Shown: positions 52,184 through 64,000 of the stretch, piece by piece | Numbering within the stretch: position 1 is the first letter of the stretch | How the letters are laid out: each line of letters opens with the position of its first letter | Source: Carcharhinus amblyrhynchos | Taxonomy: Eukaryota | Length of the DNA stretch: 64,000 nt | Assembly (NCBI GenBank): GCA_965287045.1 | Contig: OZ336874.1 | Span: 17,112,001-17,176,000 of the forward strand | Reading direction: 5' to 3' | The notes under the pieces: generated by a model | Database searches by the model: none | What the model was told of the DNA's origin: nothing | What the model saw: the letters and a program-made list of their open reading frames with translations, nothing else | Made by a program: the position numbers and the translations under genes

Positions 52184-52319
52184 GGCTGAAATTTTCCAGC
52201 CGTTCACGCCAGTGGGATTCTCTGGTCCTGTTTCAGTGAACGGAGATTTGGCTGAGCGCCAAATTCTCCATCCTCACTTGCAGCGACAGCGAAGCGTGAA
52301 CGGCCAGAGAATTCCGGCC
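52184..52319. mobile_element. Short MITE with 3-bp TSD
   Basis: GAT|GGCTGAAATTTTCC...GAGAATTCCGGCC|GAT; related sequences near 1390-1538, 19845-20045 and 46427-46552. Confidence 0.68.
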
Positions 52320-52819
52320 GATATAAGCAGGCATGTGGATAGAGGTATCAAAACACAGGACCGACATCAGACAAAAAGTTTCACAAATCAAGTGCATAAC
52401 AACTAAACGTTATTTCTCTGTCCATTGCTGCAATGAATTTTGATACCAAAGAGAAAAGGAATATCTCATCCTTCTAGTAAATGGTATCAAAAACAGGCTA
52501 CAACGGCCATTCTTAACCACAACATAGGATAATGTGTTTCTTTTTAATACTGCTCATTTACATTCAGATTAAACTGAAGTCCTCTGGCAAATGAATCAGA
52601 TGATTCTAAAGAAACTGAGCACTATTAAACGTGTCAGTGCCTAGACAGACAGGATCCATGAAAGTGCCAGCTACTTGGACAAATGATGGAGCAATAATCT
52701 CTCAAATGTACATGGTTAAATTTATCATCACATGCATGTTTAGCAATCATGTCATTTTCCACATGTGTATTTTTGCCATTCAGTGTAAGAATGTGAGATA
52801 TCAGATATCAAATATATAC

Positions 52820-52995
52820 CCTTGATCTTTCTTCTAGTTTTGTCATCATCACAACAATCGCACTCCTCTGTTCCCAAATCATCCTCCAAAAATCTCCAAA
52901 AGTCTCCGGCAGCGGACCCTGTGTTGCGATGTACGCGTTCTGCTTTCTGTAGCCATCGATGTAATTGGAATTGGAGTAATCACTTCCTGGTATGC
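52820..52995 (-). CDS. PTPRD: PTPRD-like receptor tyrosine phosphatase, D1 exon (first exon in window; upstream exons lie beyond 64000)
   Basis: tttgtag|GC ATA...TCA AGG|gtatat; 176 nt; (G)[58 protein letters not shown]; PTP motifs IATQGP and DFWRMIWEQ. Confidence 0.95.
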
Positions 52996-53537
52996 CTACA
53001 AAGAAAGGAAAGAACAGAATTTATAGATCATAAAATTTCAGCCGAAAGCAACTTTTCTTCCATCTAGCTTCTGGAGCCAATGTGTTGTCATAAGACAATA
53101 GAACATTCAAAGATAATAGCTCTCGTTAGACTAATGTATTTATAATGTAGGTGAGCTCATCAAAGCTCAGCAGCTCATCTTTCAAAAGATTAAATATTTA
53201 AAACCTTGGGATTTTTTTTAATGCTGTGTTAATCTAGAGAAAAAGGTAGGCGCAGTTACATCGTCATCACTCAACAGGCTTACATTATTCTTGAACAATC
53301 TGCAGCACCTTTGAGAATGCAGACTTTCAATGGAAAACATTTGTTAAACTGCACAAAAGGTTACCCTCTCTTCCCCCCCTCTGCCAAATCGCTACAAGCA
53401 TTATTCTTAGATAAATGGGTGCTTTGTTACTGCAAGGGAAGCACTCTAGTAATGTCTCCCTCACCAGCATTTATCTTCACATTGTGTCATTTTTGGTTGA
53501 AAGATATTTCAACGATTCTTTAGACCCATCTTGTAGT

Positions 53538-53833
53538 CGTAGAATCCTACAGTGCAGAAGGAGGCCATTCAGCCCATTGAGTCTGCACCGACCACAATCC
53601 TAACCCCCTGCATTTACCCTAACTAGTCCCCCTGACACGAAGGGGCAGTTTAGCATGGCCAATCCACTTAACCCCACACATCTTTGGACTGTAGGAGGAA
53701 ACCGGAGCACCCGAAGGAAACCCACGCGGACACGGGAAGAACGTGCAAACTCCTCACAGACAGTGAGCCAAGCCGGGAATTGAACTCGAGTTCCTGGTGC
53801 TGTGAGGTAGCAGTGTTAACCCCTGTGCTGCCC
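53538..53833 (-). mobile_element. V-SINE with CR1-type tail
   Basis: V core; tail GGGCTGAATGGCCTCCTTCTGCACTGTAGGATTCTA. Confidence 0.87.
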
Positions 53834-54884
53834 TGGGTGTTAAACTTCTGTTGCTGTCGATAGGCAGTTGTAGAGCCTGTCTCTCCCATTGCACCAACAT
53901 GCTCTTCTTAACCAGCAGTCAGGAAGTCCTAGCTTTCACCCTTACCAGAATCTCTCATTCAGTTCCCCCCCCACCTCACCCACGGAGTTGCCACAGTCCC
54001 TGATCAGCATGTGCCTGTTCTGGCCAAGGTTAAAATTGATTAGGGACCTGACCGAGCTATGGTGTTGAGCTTTTGCTGTTTCAATGCACGGGCTGGTCAG
54101 TTCTTTATTTTTGAAATGTGTAAATCTGGTTGTAGCACCCACACGGAATGCTTCTTTCGCTTCAGTCACCATTTCGACATGTGTGTCAACAGGACAGGCT
54201 ATAAACACAGCCAAACATTAATGTGCTGCAAATTTATAGAGGTGGGGGAGGTGGACTAATTTTGGCCCTCATATCCTTTTAAATGTGATTGTGGTTTCAG
54301 TTCTACCTCGCCCTGGGCAGGAAATGAGCCAATACATATTTCTGTCAAAACTGCAGATAGGTTTAATCTAAAAAGGAAGCTTGTTGATAAGCCAGCCTTT
54401 GTGCAGCTGTCTTTCTGCACTGAATGATTTCCCCAAAAAGAGAAAAAAATTGTGTGGCAAGTCATGAAAGAAGATGACCTGTCTCAATCTCAGTGGACAC
54501 CACCTCTTTGCACCAACTCCCTCGCTAGAATGGAATTTTGTGCACACGTAGCCAAAATCTGTTTGTTTTGGCACAGAGATTGCCTTTCCTGTTGAACCAA
54601 GCCACAAATGCTGCCCATGTTTTCCGCAGATAAGCTTCAACCACCAGCGAGACCCATTTCTTTCAGTCTCATGAAGGGAAGAGATAAATCAAAGAGTGTA
54701 CATTTTTCCATGCTTTTAATCACAAAGTGCATATTTGGAAAGTCCATCATATACGGAATCATTTGTATATTGTTTTCAAAATGCCCAGCAACTGGGAGGG
54801 ATGGAAAACTTAGAAGGGAGAATGATGGTTGTCAGAATTCACAATGTTCTTGTACTTTATTCCTGCGTGTGTGATTTTAATATG

Positions 54885-56790
54885 GACGTGAACTGGTTTA
54901 AAATGTAGATGTACAAAGGGACCTGCGTGCCCTTGTCCATAAGTTACTCACGTCTAACATGCAGGTGTTGCAAGCTGTTAGGAAGGCTAATGGAGCATTA
55001 GCCTTGATTACAAGAGCATTTGAGTACAAGAGCAGTGAGGTCTTTCTTCAACTGAAGCTTGGTTAGACCACACCTGGAGTAGTGTGTGGTTTTAGTTTCT
55101 CTTACCTCACAGAAAATATTATTGCCAGAGGGGGAGTGCAACAAAGGTTCACTAGACTTGTTCCAGGGATAGCGGCACTGTCTTGTGAAGAGAGATTAGT
55201 TAAATGGGGCCTGTATTGTAGATGCAATATACTTGGATTTCCAAAAAGTGTTCGATAAGCTACCGCACAAAAGGCTACTTAATAAGATAAGGGCCTTTGT
55301 TATTGGGGGTAGCATATTACTTGAAAAGCGGACTGGCTAACTAATAGAAGACAGGGAGTTGGGCGAGAGAGGCATTTTCAGGATGGCAACCTGTAACTTG
55401 TGGAATGCCACTGAGTTCAGTACTGGGGTCACAATTATTTACAATATATGTTAATGACTTGAATGAGCAAAGTGAATGCACTATTGCCAACTTTGTGGAA
55501 GACACAAAACTAAGTAGGAAGGCAAGTGGTGAAGATGACAGAGTCTACAGAGGGATATAGAAAGGCTAAATGAGTGGGCAAAAACCTGGCAGATAAATAT
55601 AATATAGGTAAATGAGAAGTTATGTACTTGGAAGGGAGAATAAAGCAGCTGAATATTATATAAATTGAGAAAAACTGCAGAAAACTACAGCTCAGAGGGA
55701 TTTGTGATCCTCACAAATAAATCACACAAAGCTAGCACACAAGCTCAGCAGGTAATAGGGAATGGAATGGTGGCATTTATTTCAAAGGGAATGGAATATA
55801 AAAATAGGGAAGTCTTGCTAAAACTGTACAAGGCACCAGTGAGACCACAACTGGAATACTTTGAACAGTTGTGGACCTCTAATCTTAGGAAAGTTATACA
55901 AGCATTGGAGGCAGTCTAAATTACATTCACCAGGTTGATCCCAAGTGTGGAGGGATTTACTTCGGAGGAGAGGTGGAGTAGGTTGGGCCTGCTCTCATTG
56001 GAATTTAAAAGAATGAGAGGCAACGTTATGGAGACATTTAGGATTCTCAGGATGCTTGACAGGGTGAAAGCTGAGAGATTGTTACCCCTTGTAGTTTTGT
56101 GTAGGACCAGGGACCACAATCTCAGAGTAAGGAGTCACCCATTTAAGACAGAGATGAGGTGGTATTCCTTCTCTCAGGCAGCAGTGAATCTACAGAATTC
56201 ATTACTACAGAGAGCTATGGATGTTAGGCTGTTAAGTATGTTCAAGGCTGAGATAGACAGATTTTTATTCAGTGAGGGAATCAAGGGTTATGGGGATAAG
56301 GCAAGAAAGTGGAGTTGACATTTATCACACCAGATCAGTCATTATCTCATTGAATGGTCAAGCTGACCTGATGGGGCAAAAGGCCTACTTCTGCCCCTGC
56401 GCCTTATTCGCTGGAGTTTCAAAGAATACGGGGTAATTTCATTGAAACCTACAAATTACTTAAAGGAACAACGGTGTGGATGCAGGTAAGATATTTCGCT
56501 GAGTTGTGGAGTCTGAACCCGGGGCACAATTCCAAAATAACAGGGAAGCTACTTAGGGGAGATGTTTAATTACACAAAGGGTTGTGAATCTTTGGAATTC
56601 TCTTCCCCATAGGGCACTGGAAGCTCAGTCATTGTGTATGTTTAAGGCAGATACTGATAGATTTCTGATTAACAGTAACACAAAGAGTTATGGGCTAGTG
56701 TGTAAAAGGCATTCGAGTGTTTAATCAGCCATGGCCCGATTAAATGGTGGGGTGGGCTCGGTGAGCTGAATGGCCGATTCCTGTTCCGAT
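54885..56790 (+). mobile_element. Nested CR1s: outer copy (about 54885-55217 and 56405-56790) interrupted by an inner copy (about 55218-56404)
   Basis: Outer reads ...GGCCTGTATT then resumes TATTCGCTGGAGTTT; the inner copy has its own RT motifs and 3' tail. Confidence 0.8.
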
Positions 56791-57652
56791 GTTTGACATC
56801 TTGGTAAAAATTATGATGCAGAAATACCCAGCTGTGAACTTCACCATAGGCAAGCTCTCTCTTTTAAAGTTATATTGGGAGAAGTGAAATTGTGTGTGTG
56901 ACAAGTAGTGTACAGAACTTTGGCCTCAATCTGATAGTGTAGATTTTAAAGAGCTCTGTCAGACTGAATGTGGTACTGGAGTTTCCAAATTCCATGATGG
57001 CTGTCACTGTCTCCATATTGCAAAAGACTGTTCTATTTTTAATCAAGAAATAGTCACGAGAAAAGACACTCTTCAATACAGTCAGTGCATTCTAACTGCT
57101 AACAGGAATCTGAAAGGTGTCCACAGGCTACTTATTTGTATTCTACTGTGGGGTGCGCCAATGTATTGAAAAATGTTCCCTTGCCATCTTCAGTTTTACC
57201 CCTCAAATACCGAATTTTAATTTTGCAGACACAATCTGCATTATTGTAACATGGTTAAACAGCTTTAGGGTTTTCATTATTGCAACACACACACAAACAA
57301 ATGAATAAAGGATGAACAATTGCTTCTGTGCAGAAAAAAGACGAGCTATTTGAAGTTACAGCAATCAAAGTATTTTAAATGCCAAGTTTTGTTGAATGCT
57401 GTGCCATTAATGTCCACTATCACTGTCCAGCCTAAAGTTGCCTGGATACACATGAATGTCCTCCAATTACAGATTCCACAAAGGCTGCTCAAGATATTCT
57501 TAACCAGTAGATATCTAAAGTATCATGTATCGTCAAAATGCTAAGCATCCTTTTCATATCTGTTCATGGGGCAGAGCCCACAATGGCAGGGCTAGGTTTG
57601 TTACCTATCGATGATATAATTAGGAAGACATGAACTTTAATTGCCCCTTAAT

Positions 57653-59530
57653 CGAAAAGCAGAAAAATTAAGGATGCTGGAAATCTGAAATAAAAACAGA
57701 AAACACTGCGGGGGGAAAAGAACTCAGCAGGTTTGTCAGCATCATTTCTGAATTGAGGAAAGTTAGAGACGTTATATGTTTTGAGCAATGAACGAGTAGA
57801 ACAAAGTCAGTATGAAGGTCTGTGACAGGGTGAAGGACAGACGAGACCGAATGACAGAAGGCAGGGCCAACGAGAATGGTGATTGGGCAAGAAAAGAATA
57901 GGAGATACTGCCAATGCTTAGAGCAGGTGTGTTGCTGCCTGAATGCAAAAAAGAACCTCAAAAGAAGTGAAGCAAAGGGAACAAAAGAGGGAAGCATGCT
58001 TACGGCCTGAAATTATTAACATCAGTGTTCTGTACTGAAGGCTGTTAAGTGTGTAATTGAAAAATGAGGTGGTGTTCCTCACGTTTATATTGAATTTCAT
58101 TGGAATAGTGCAGCAGACCGAGGACAGGGATGTCAGTATCAGAGCAAGGTGGAGAATTAAAATAGCAGGCCTCTGGAAGTTTGGACTCATGTTTGTGGAC
58201 AAAATAGAGATGCTCTACAAAGTGATCAATCTATGTTTAGATACCCCAATGGAGAAGAAACCAGGGCATACAACAGACCGGATTGAAAAACGTATTCGTA
58301 AATCACTGCTTCATCTGGAAGGTGTGTTTGGGGCCTCGGATGATGATGAAAGAGGAGGTAAAGAACCGGTGTTATGTCTTTTGCATCTTCATGTCAAGAT
58401 GCCATGGGAAAGGGTGTTAGGGTAATTGGATGGTCTCTTCAGAGTGCTGAAAGGAGAGGAGAGGGGAAGGTGTATTTTGTGGTGGCTTTACACTGAGTGT
58501 GGAGCGTGATCCATGTCACATGGGGTGTGGTGTGGTGAAAGGTAAGGATGTGGAGAATCCTATCAAGGTTCTGGGAGGGAGGGAAGGGGGTGACAGCAGA
58601 AGTGCAGAAAATGTGGTGGATACGGTCAGGGCCCTGTTAAACAGGGTGGTGGTGAGCAGACAGAATCCTCGATTGAGAAAAAAAGACATGTCAAAAGCAC
58701 TATTATGGAAGGTTGCAGCATCAGAAAAGATGCAATGGAAAGAGAGGAACTGCGAGAATGGAATGGAATTCTTACATGGTGTCGTGGATGTGTTTGTGTA
58801 GATGGGGTAGGTGTGGGAGTCAGTGGGCTTATAATGAATATTAGTCAATAGCGTATTGCCACAAATGGAGATTGATGTCAAGGAAAAGAAGAGCTGTAAA
58901 GGTCAGGGTATGGTGGGAGCAAAGTTTGATGAAGTTTTCTTGTTCAGGGTAAGAGCAGGACATGGCATCAACGTAATGGGAAAAGAGTTGAGGGAGGGAG
59001 CCCGAGTAGGACTGAAACATCAAATGTTTGACACAGCCTACAAATAAGCACACATGGTTAAGACCCACGCAGCTAACCGTAGCAGCACCCCTTATTTGAA
59101 ATAAGTGAATTGGGGTTGTATTCAGAGTGAATATAAGCTCTGCCAAGTGATGAATGGGGACTGGTTGGGCCTCGATCCAAGGTAAAAAAAAAGGAGAGCC
59201 CTCTGTTGTTCTGGTCAGGACAGAGATAGAGAGAGATCGGAGGTCCATCCCTCACTAGAACTGTCTCCACTGAAGATTGCCCCATCACCATTCTCTTTGG
59301 CCCTGGAAAAATAAGTCTTCTGTAATTTAATCTTGTATGTCTTTCACCCAATCACAGGCCTTCCCTTTTGTCTTGGTCACACTCAACCCTTGTTCAAAAC
59401 CTATTACATTTCTAACATTTCCCAGGTCTGATGAAAAGGTCACAGAACTGAAACATCAACTGTTTCGCTCACTGCACAGACGCTGCCTTACCTGCTGAAT
59501 ATGTTTAGCATTTTGTTCACATTTCAAATG
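57653..59530 (-). mobile_element. Decayed Penelope-like retroelement with an inverted terminal copy (about 59270-59530, + strand)
   Basis: Minus ORFs NIHYKPTDSHTY...CKNSIPFSQFL and HLFQIRGAA...CLFVG...SHYVDA resemble PLE RT; ends are inverted relative to each other. Confidence 0.82.
59424..59461 (+). ncRNA. Minimal hammerhead ribozyme motif in the Penelope terminus
   Basis: AGGT-CTGATGA-AAAGGTCACAGAACT-GAAAC-ATC-AACT. Confidence 0.55.
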
Positions 59531-60479
59531 CCCTTTCTTCTGGTTTACTGTAAAAGAATTTGGAGCAATACCTTGGACTGTGCTGCACCAAGGGTAAGAT
59601 GCTCTGTCGGAGAGTTGGTACAGACTTGAAAGGTTGAATGGTCTCCGTCTGCACCGTATGGATTTGGTTTGAGACTGTGGGGCGTTCAAAGCTATTCAGC
59701 AGCTCCGTGTAAGAAGTAAGTGACGGTGTTACTACTGTTGGTTTAGCTCTGTTGAAAGTTAGTATGAAAATAACTTTGCAGTTTTGACAATTTTAAGAAG
59801 AACAGTGGCAATTTTGGCAAAATGAGCTGTTTGTGAGGTGACCATATTGCAGCGCACGATCTGTCCAGTAAGCTGTAGCCAATGACAAATGTCACTGAGT
59901 AGATCCACCAGCACTGGTATTCCACCCAGAACGGACAGGGTACAGTGAACTGCTCACTATATTTATTGAGATACTCATCAAATTTGATCCAAGATGCCAA
60001 GCCCAATAAAATTATTTCGGGAAGAAAAAATCCCTTTTGTTAATTGTGTGAATTAATGCAAAAAAGAAACGATGGTCAGCAGTGGTAATTTTATGATTCC
60101 TGGAATATCAGTTCTGTTGTCATTTAAACCACCTGCCACTTAGCTGTCCTTTGGAATAGAACTTTAGCTCTTTAACTTGGCAATGATATTGAACTATGTT
60201 TGGCAAGCAGTGAGCTGAGCAAGCGTTTAAAAAGTGTCAAAACCCAGATCTACTTGTCACCTTCAGCAATTTAAGTGTTATATGAGCCCCGTACACCATG
60301 GATGGAATATTTTAATCCTGTCTGGCAGGACACAGTCAGAGACAATCTATCTTTTGCAGCCAGACTGAGTTCAGCACACAGGAGATTTACAGGGGACAGC
60401 CTGCTTGATGCCAGACTCCATTCTTTACAAAACTGAAGTGAAGGAGGCCAGTGTGTCTCATTGATTGAGATTGCAGGTG

Positions 60480-60938
60480 CCAGCATTAGTTCTGTAATAG
60501 CCTTCTTGTCTGGAAGCCTGAAGAGTTGGGTTCAAGCCTCACCTCAAGAGTCTTGAAACACACAAGCTCAGTTGATACTTCAATGTATCTACAGACGGAT
60601 TACTGCACAGTTGGAAGGAACAGGTAAAATGTAAAACCAAGCACATGATCTGGGCTTCTCTCTCAGGGTAGAGGGGAAAGAATGGCAGTTTTTGAAAAGC
60701 AGAGGCGGTCTCTGGAAGTTTGGGCTCACATTTATCCATTGACCACCGCCACTGAAACAGGTGATTTGGTCATTTATCTCCCTGTTGTTTGGGGGGGGTG
60801 TGGTTTGATGTGTATGAATTGACAGATGCTTTTTTTCCCCAATTTCACACACAACATCCTTTAACTTCAAAAAATACTTAACTGGTTGTAAAGTTCAGGA
60901 CATGAAAGGCGCTTTAGAAATACAAGACTTTCTTTCTT
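60480..60938 (+). mobile_element. DeuSINE-like element
   Basis: GGGTTCAAGCC head, Deu-domain-like body, tail GAAAGGCGCTTTAGAAATACAAG. Confidence 0.68.
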
Positions 60939-60999
60939 TAACACCTCAACAGTGTCAGGGAAACACGTGTGGTTGCCATAACACCTCAGCAACACAGAG

Positions 61000-62547
61000 A
61001 GAGCCTACGCAGGGACAAACTAGAATGAAGACAGCGTACGAGAATAGATTAGTGAGTCACATAAAGGGGAACATTGAAGTTATTTCCTATAAATATATAA
61101 ATATTAGAGGGATAGCCAAAGAAAGGGTGGCGTCAATTAAGAGCCAAAACAGAAATCCTCTTGTGGAAGCAGAGAGCATGGCTGAGGCACTGACTGCAAG
61201 TGTCTTCACAAAGATGCTGCTGCCAATGTAACAGGTAAACAGGGAGGTAGTAGAGAAACCAAGTAGGACACAAATGAAGAAGAGATACTTAAAAGGTTGA
61301 CATTCCTTAATGCCAAAAAAAACCACCTGGTCTAGATGGGATGCATTCTAGGAATTTGAGTTAAATATGGGTAGAAATAACAGAGGCTTTGGCCACAATC
61401 TTCCAATCCTCCTCAGTTATGGGAAAGGTGCCAGAGAATTGAAAGGTTGAAAATTCACACTGTTCAAGGAAAAGGCGCGAGATAAATCGGGTACTTGAGG
61501 CGAGGCAACCGAAAGACAAGGATGGAAAAATTTTGAGAGATTTATAATTTGGGAAAAAAAAATTCTCATTTGGAAAAATACCAGTTAATTATTGAAAACC
61601 AGTATGGATTTGTTAAAGACAAATGGCGTTCGATGGAATCATGGATAGAATTCATCAGGGCAATGTGATCCATGGGTATCTAGACTTCTAAATGCATTTG
61701 AAAAATAAACCACACAATTAGACTTGTTGAGAAAACTGAAGCCCATGGGATCAAAGGAGCAGCCACAACATGGATACAAAATTAGCCAACAGAGAATGAT
61801 TGTTTTTTTTAAACTGGAGGGAAGTATACAATGGTGTCTTCCAGGGGTCAATATTAGGACTATATTATGACTAATATTAGATCTCTGAAGGTGGAAAGGC
61901 ATGTTAATAGGGTGGTAAAAAGGCATATAGCACATTCGCATTTATCAATTGGGGTATAAATTACAAAAGCAGAGAGGTCATGAACTTGCATTGAACTTTG
62001 GTGAGGCTACAGCTGGAATACTACGTGCAGTTCTGGTCACCACATTATAGGAAGGATGTGAATGCAATGGAGGGGGTGCAGAGCAGATTTACAAAGATGC
62101 TGCCTAGTGTGGAACATTTAAATTGTGAAGAGAGGTCGAATAGGCTTGGGTTGTTTTCGTTGGAGAAGAGAAGACTGATGGGGTGATCTGATTGAGGTAT
62201 TCAAGATTATGAGGGCCATGGACAGGATGGATGGTGAGCAGCTGTTCCCCTTATTGAAGGTTCAGTTATGAGGGGGCACAAGTTAAAAGTGAGGGGTGGG
62301 AGGTTTAGCGGAAATTTGAGGAAAAATGTTTTACTCAGAAGGTGATGATGGTCTGAAATGCACTGCCTGGGAGAGTGGTGGAGGTGGGATTAAAAAGTAC
62401 CTGGATAAGCACTTGGCATGCTGTAACATTCAAGGCTATGGGCCAAGTGCTGGCAAGTGGGATTAGTTGGACAGGTCAGGGCATTTCATGAGTTGGTGCA
62501 GACTCAATGGGCCGAGGGGCTTCTTCTGCACTGTGGTATTCTGTGAC
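61000..62547 (+). mobile_element. Degraded, internally deleted CR1 LINE
   Basis: VRLQLEYYVQFWSPHYRKD (61998..62186); CR1 tail GGGCCGAGGGGCTTCTTCTGCACTG; boundaries approximate. Confidence 0.8.
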
Positions 62548-64000
62548 TAAAACAGGAAGTGCTGGAAAAACGCCGCAGTTTTGGCGGCATCTGCGAAGAC
62601 AGTAACAGTGTTAATGTTTCAAGTTAACTATGCCTCGTCTTCAGAAGTGAGGAGAAGGAGAACGCTGATTTTTTTTTAACTGTAGAAATGTGCTATGTTG
62701 CAGAATTCACTGCCTGAAAGCGTGGGCAGGGATGAACAGCCTACCCTCCTGTAGAATCTATAGTTATTCCAGATTTTCCCAAAGTGGTAAAATGTATAGT
62801 TGCTTGTGAAATGAATTTCATATGCTCGAAATGTAATATTTACTACATACATCAACTACTCACATGTTAAGTTAACAGTAACTTTCAAAAAGGATACATG
62901 CTTGAACAGGACAAAACTGCTGGACTACGGTGAAAGAATAGGAGGTATGGCACTAATTGGATAAATCTTTGTAGAACACACTCAGGAAGATTGTCCAATG
63001 TGGCCTCCTTCTGTGATTCTTTGATTCACACACTGTTATATCCTACAGATTTCATTTTAGTTGCCGGCAACTTTGGAGAAAGAAATACATCAGATTTTTT
63101 TCTCCAGTCATAACCATCAGTTAGAATTCTATTCCCTACATAGAGCAGGTTGACCTAGGAGGTAAATCACCATTTGTTAAATTGAAGTTGAAAAGCTCTG
63201 CTTGGGTTATATAAAATCCACAGTTTCCCCCATTGGCATCAAAATACAATTTCTCCCTGTGCTCATAATAACTACCACGGTCAACTTTATAAGACATCTG
63301 TCCTTGTTACACTCACTCCTGCTGAACCCATTTCTATATAGCCTATTATATATGAGGGAGAACTCAATATTCAGCTCTTAAGCATTTCTGGTTCTGTGCT
63401 CTAATCTGGGATCAACAATCTCTGAAGCATTTTACAATTTTACTTCCCTCAGCAGGTCAGAGCATCAAACTGCCTTCAGCCTTTTCTGTGTAACATACCT
63501 AGTGTAAGTTCAAATATCATATTCAGCGGTGCAGTAACTTGTTAAAAGTGAACTTTTTGATGACTTCAATTGCATTGAATTTCAACACAATGCTATTTCA
63601 ACATCTCAACACGGAGGAGTCCAAAATAACCCTGAGATTGCCAGATGTAACAATGTGTTTCATTGTATAACGGTACAATGAAAATCCATTTATAAACTCA
63701 TCATCCTAATAAAATCTGCAAGGGAAAAATAGCGTCCCTATACATGGACTCCATCGTAACTTTGCTGAAAAATCTACAGCTGACAGACATTTACAAATGC
63801 AATTATGTTATCATTACTGCATTTGGAATTAAAATAGGTAGTCAGTAGTTTGTGATAACACTTTAGCAATCTTATACTTAAGTATTTTTCCATTACCACT
63901 CCACACCTGAGAATTGTTTGTCAGAGTATAATTTGACAAGAAAATTGACATTTAATTCATATTTTTAGTGAGTAATACAGCAACTCTATTCTTGATCTTG

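Noticed and set aside
53000-64000. Next upstream PTPRD exon (expected ...QFTWE..KNRYANV..)
   Set aside because: I found no matching minus-strand sequence; the 59743..60006 ORF has only a chance EQFT. The exon probably lies beyond the window.
1-64000. tRNA genes, snoRNAs, CRISPR arrays or prokaryotic systems
   Set aside because: A/B boxes all belong to SINE heads; no convincing C/D or H/ACA structure; no regularly spaced repeat-spacer array; the context is a vertebrate intron-exon locus.

Overview
Vertebrate genomic DNA, most likely a shark (inferred from V-SINE/HE1-like and DeuSINE-like repeats plus CR1 and Penelope elements). The only host gene I can support is on the minus strand: the last 10 coding exons and the start of the 3' UTR of a LAR-family receptor tyrosine phosphatase, best matching PTPRD. 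These exons cover most of catalytic domain D1, all of D2 and the C-terminus ...GSFDHYAT*. All ten have AG acceptors, the nine internal ones have GT donors, and the phases join up. The introns are largely transposon-derived: CR1 LINEs, an older CR1-group LINE family, Penelope-like elements with minimal hammerhead ribozyme motifs, V-SINEs, DeuSINEs and MITEs with 3-bp target duplications. The most interesting signals are (1) a near full-length CR1 whose ORF1 ends in a tandem slippery site G-GGU-UUA-AAC-UAA that leads into ORF2 in the -1 frame, followed by a G-rich tract (candidate programmed -1 frameshift), with a catalytically dead-looking esterase ORF1 and a V-SINE core in its 3' UTR; (2) a single-ORF LINE with a tRNA-like head, next to a SINE that looks like its deletion derivative; (3) a perfect 91-bp-arm palindrome; (4) tiny Penelope-terminus insertions with long target duplications. 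Comparisons with human PTPRD and with repeat consensus sequences are from memory, not from searches. Most short ORFs in the supplied track are spurious.
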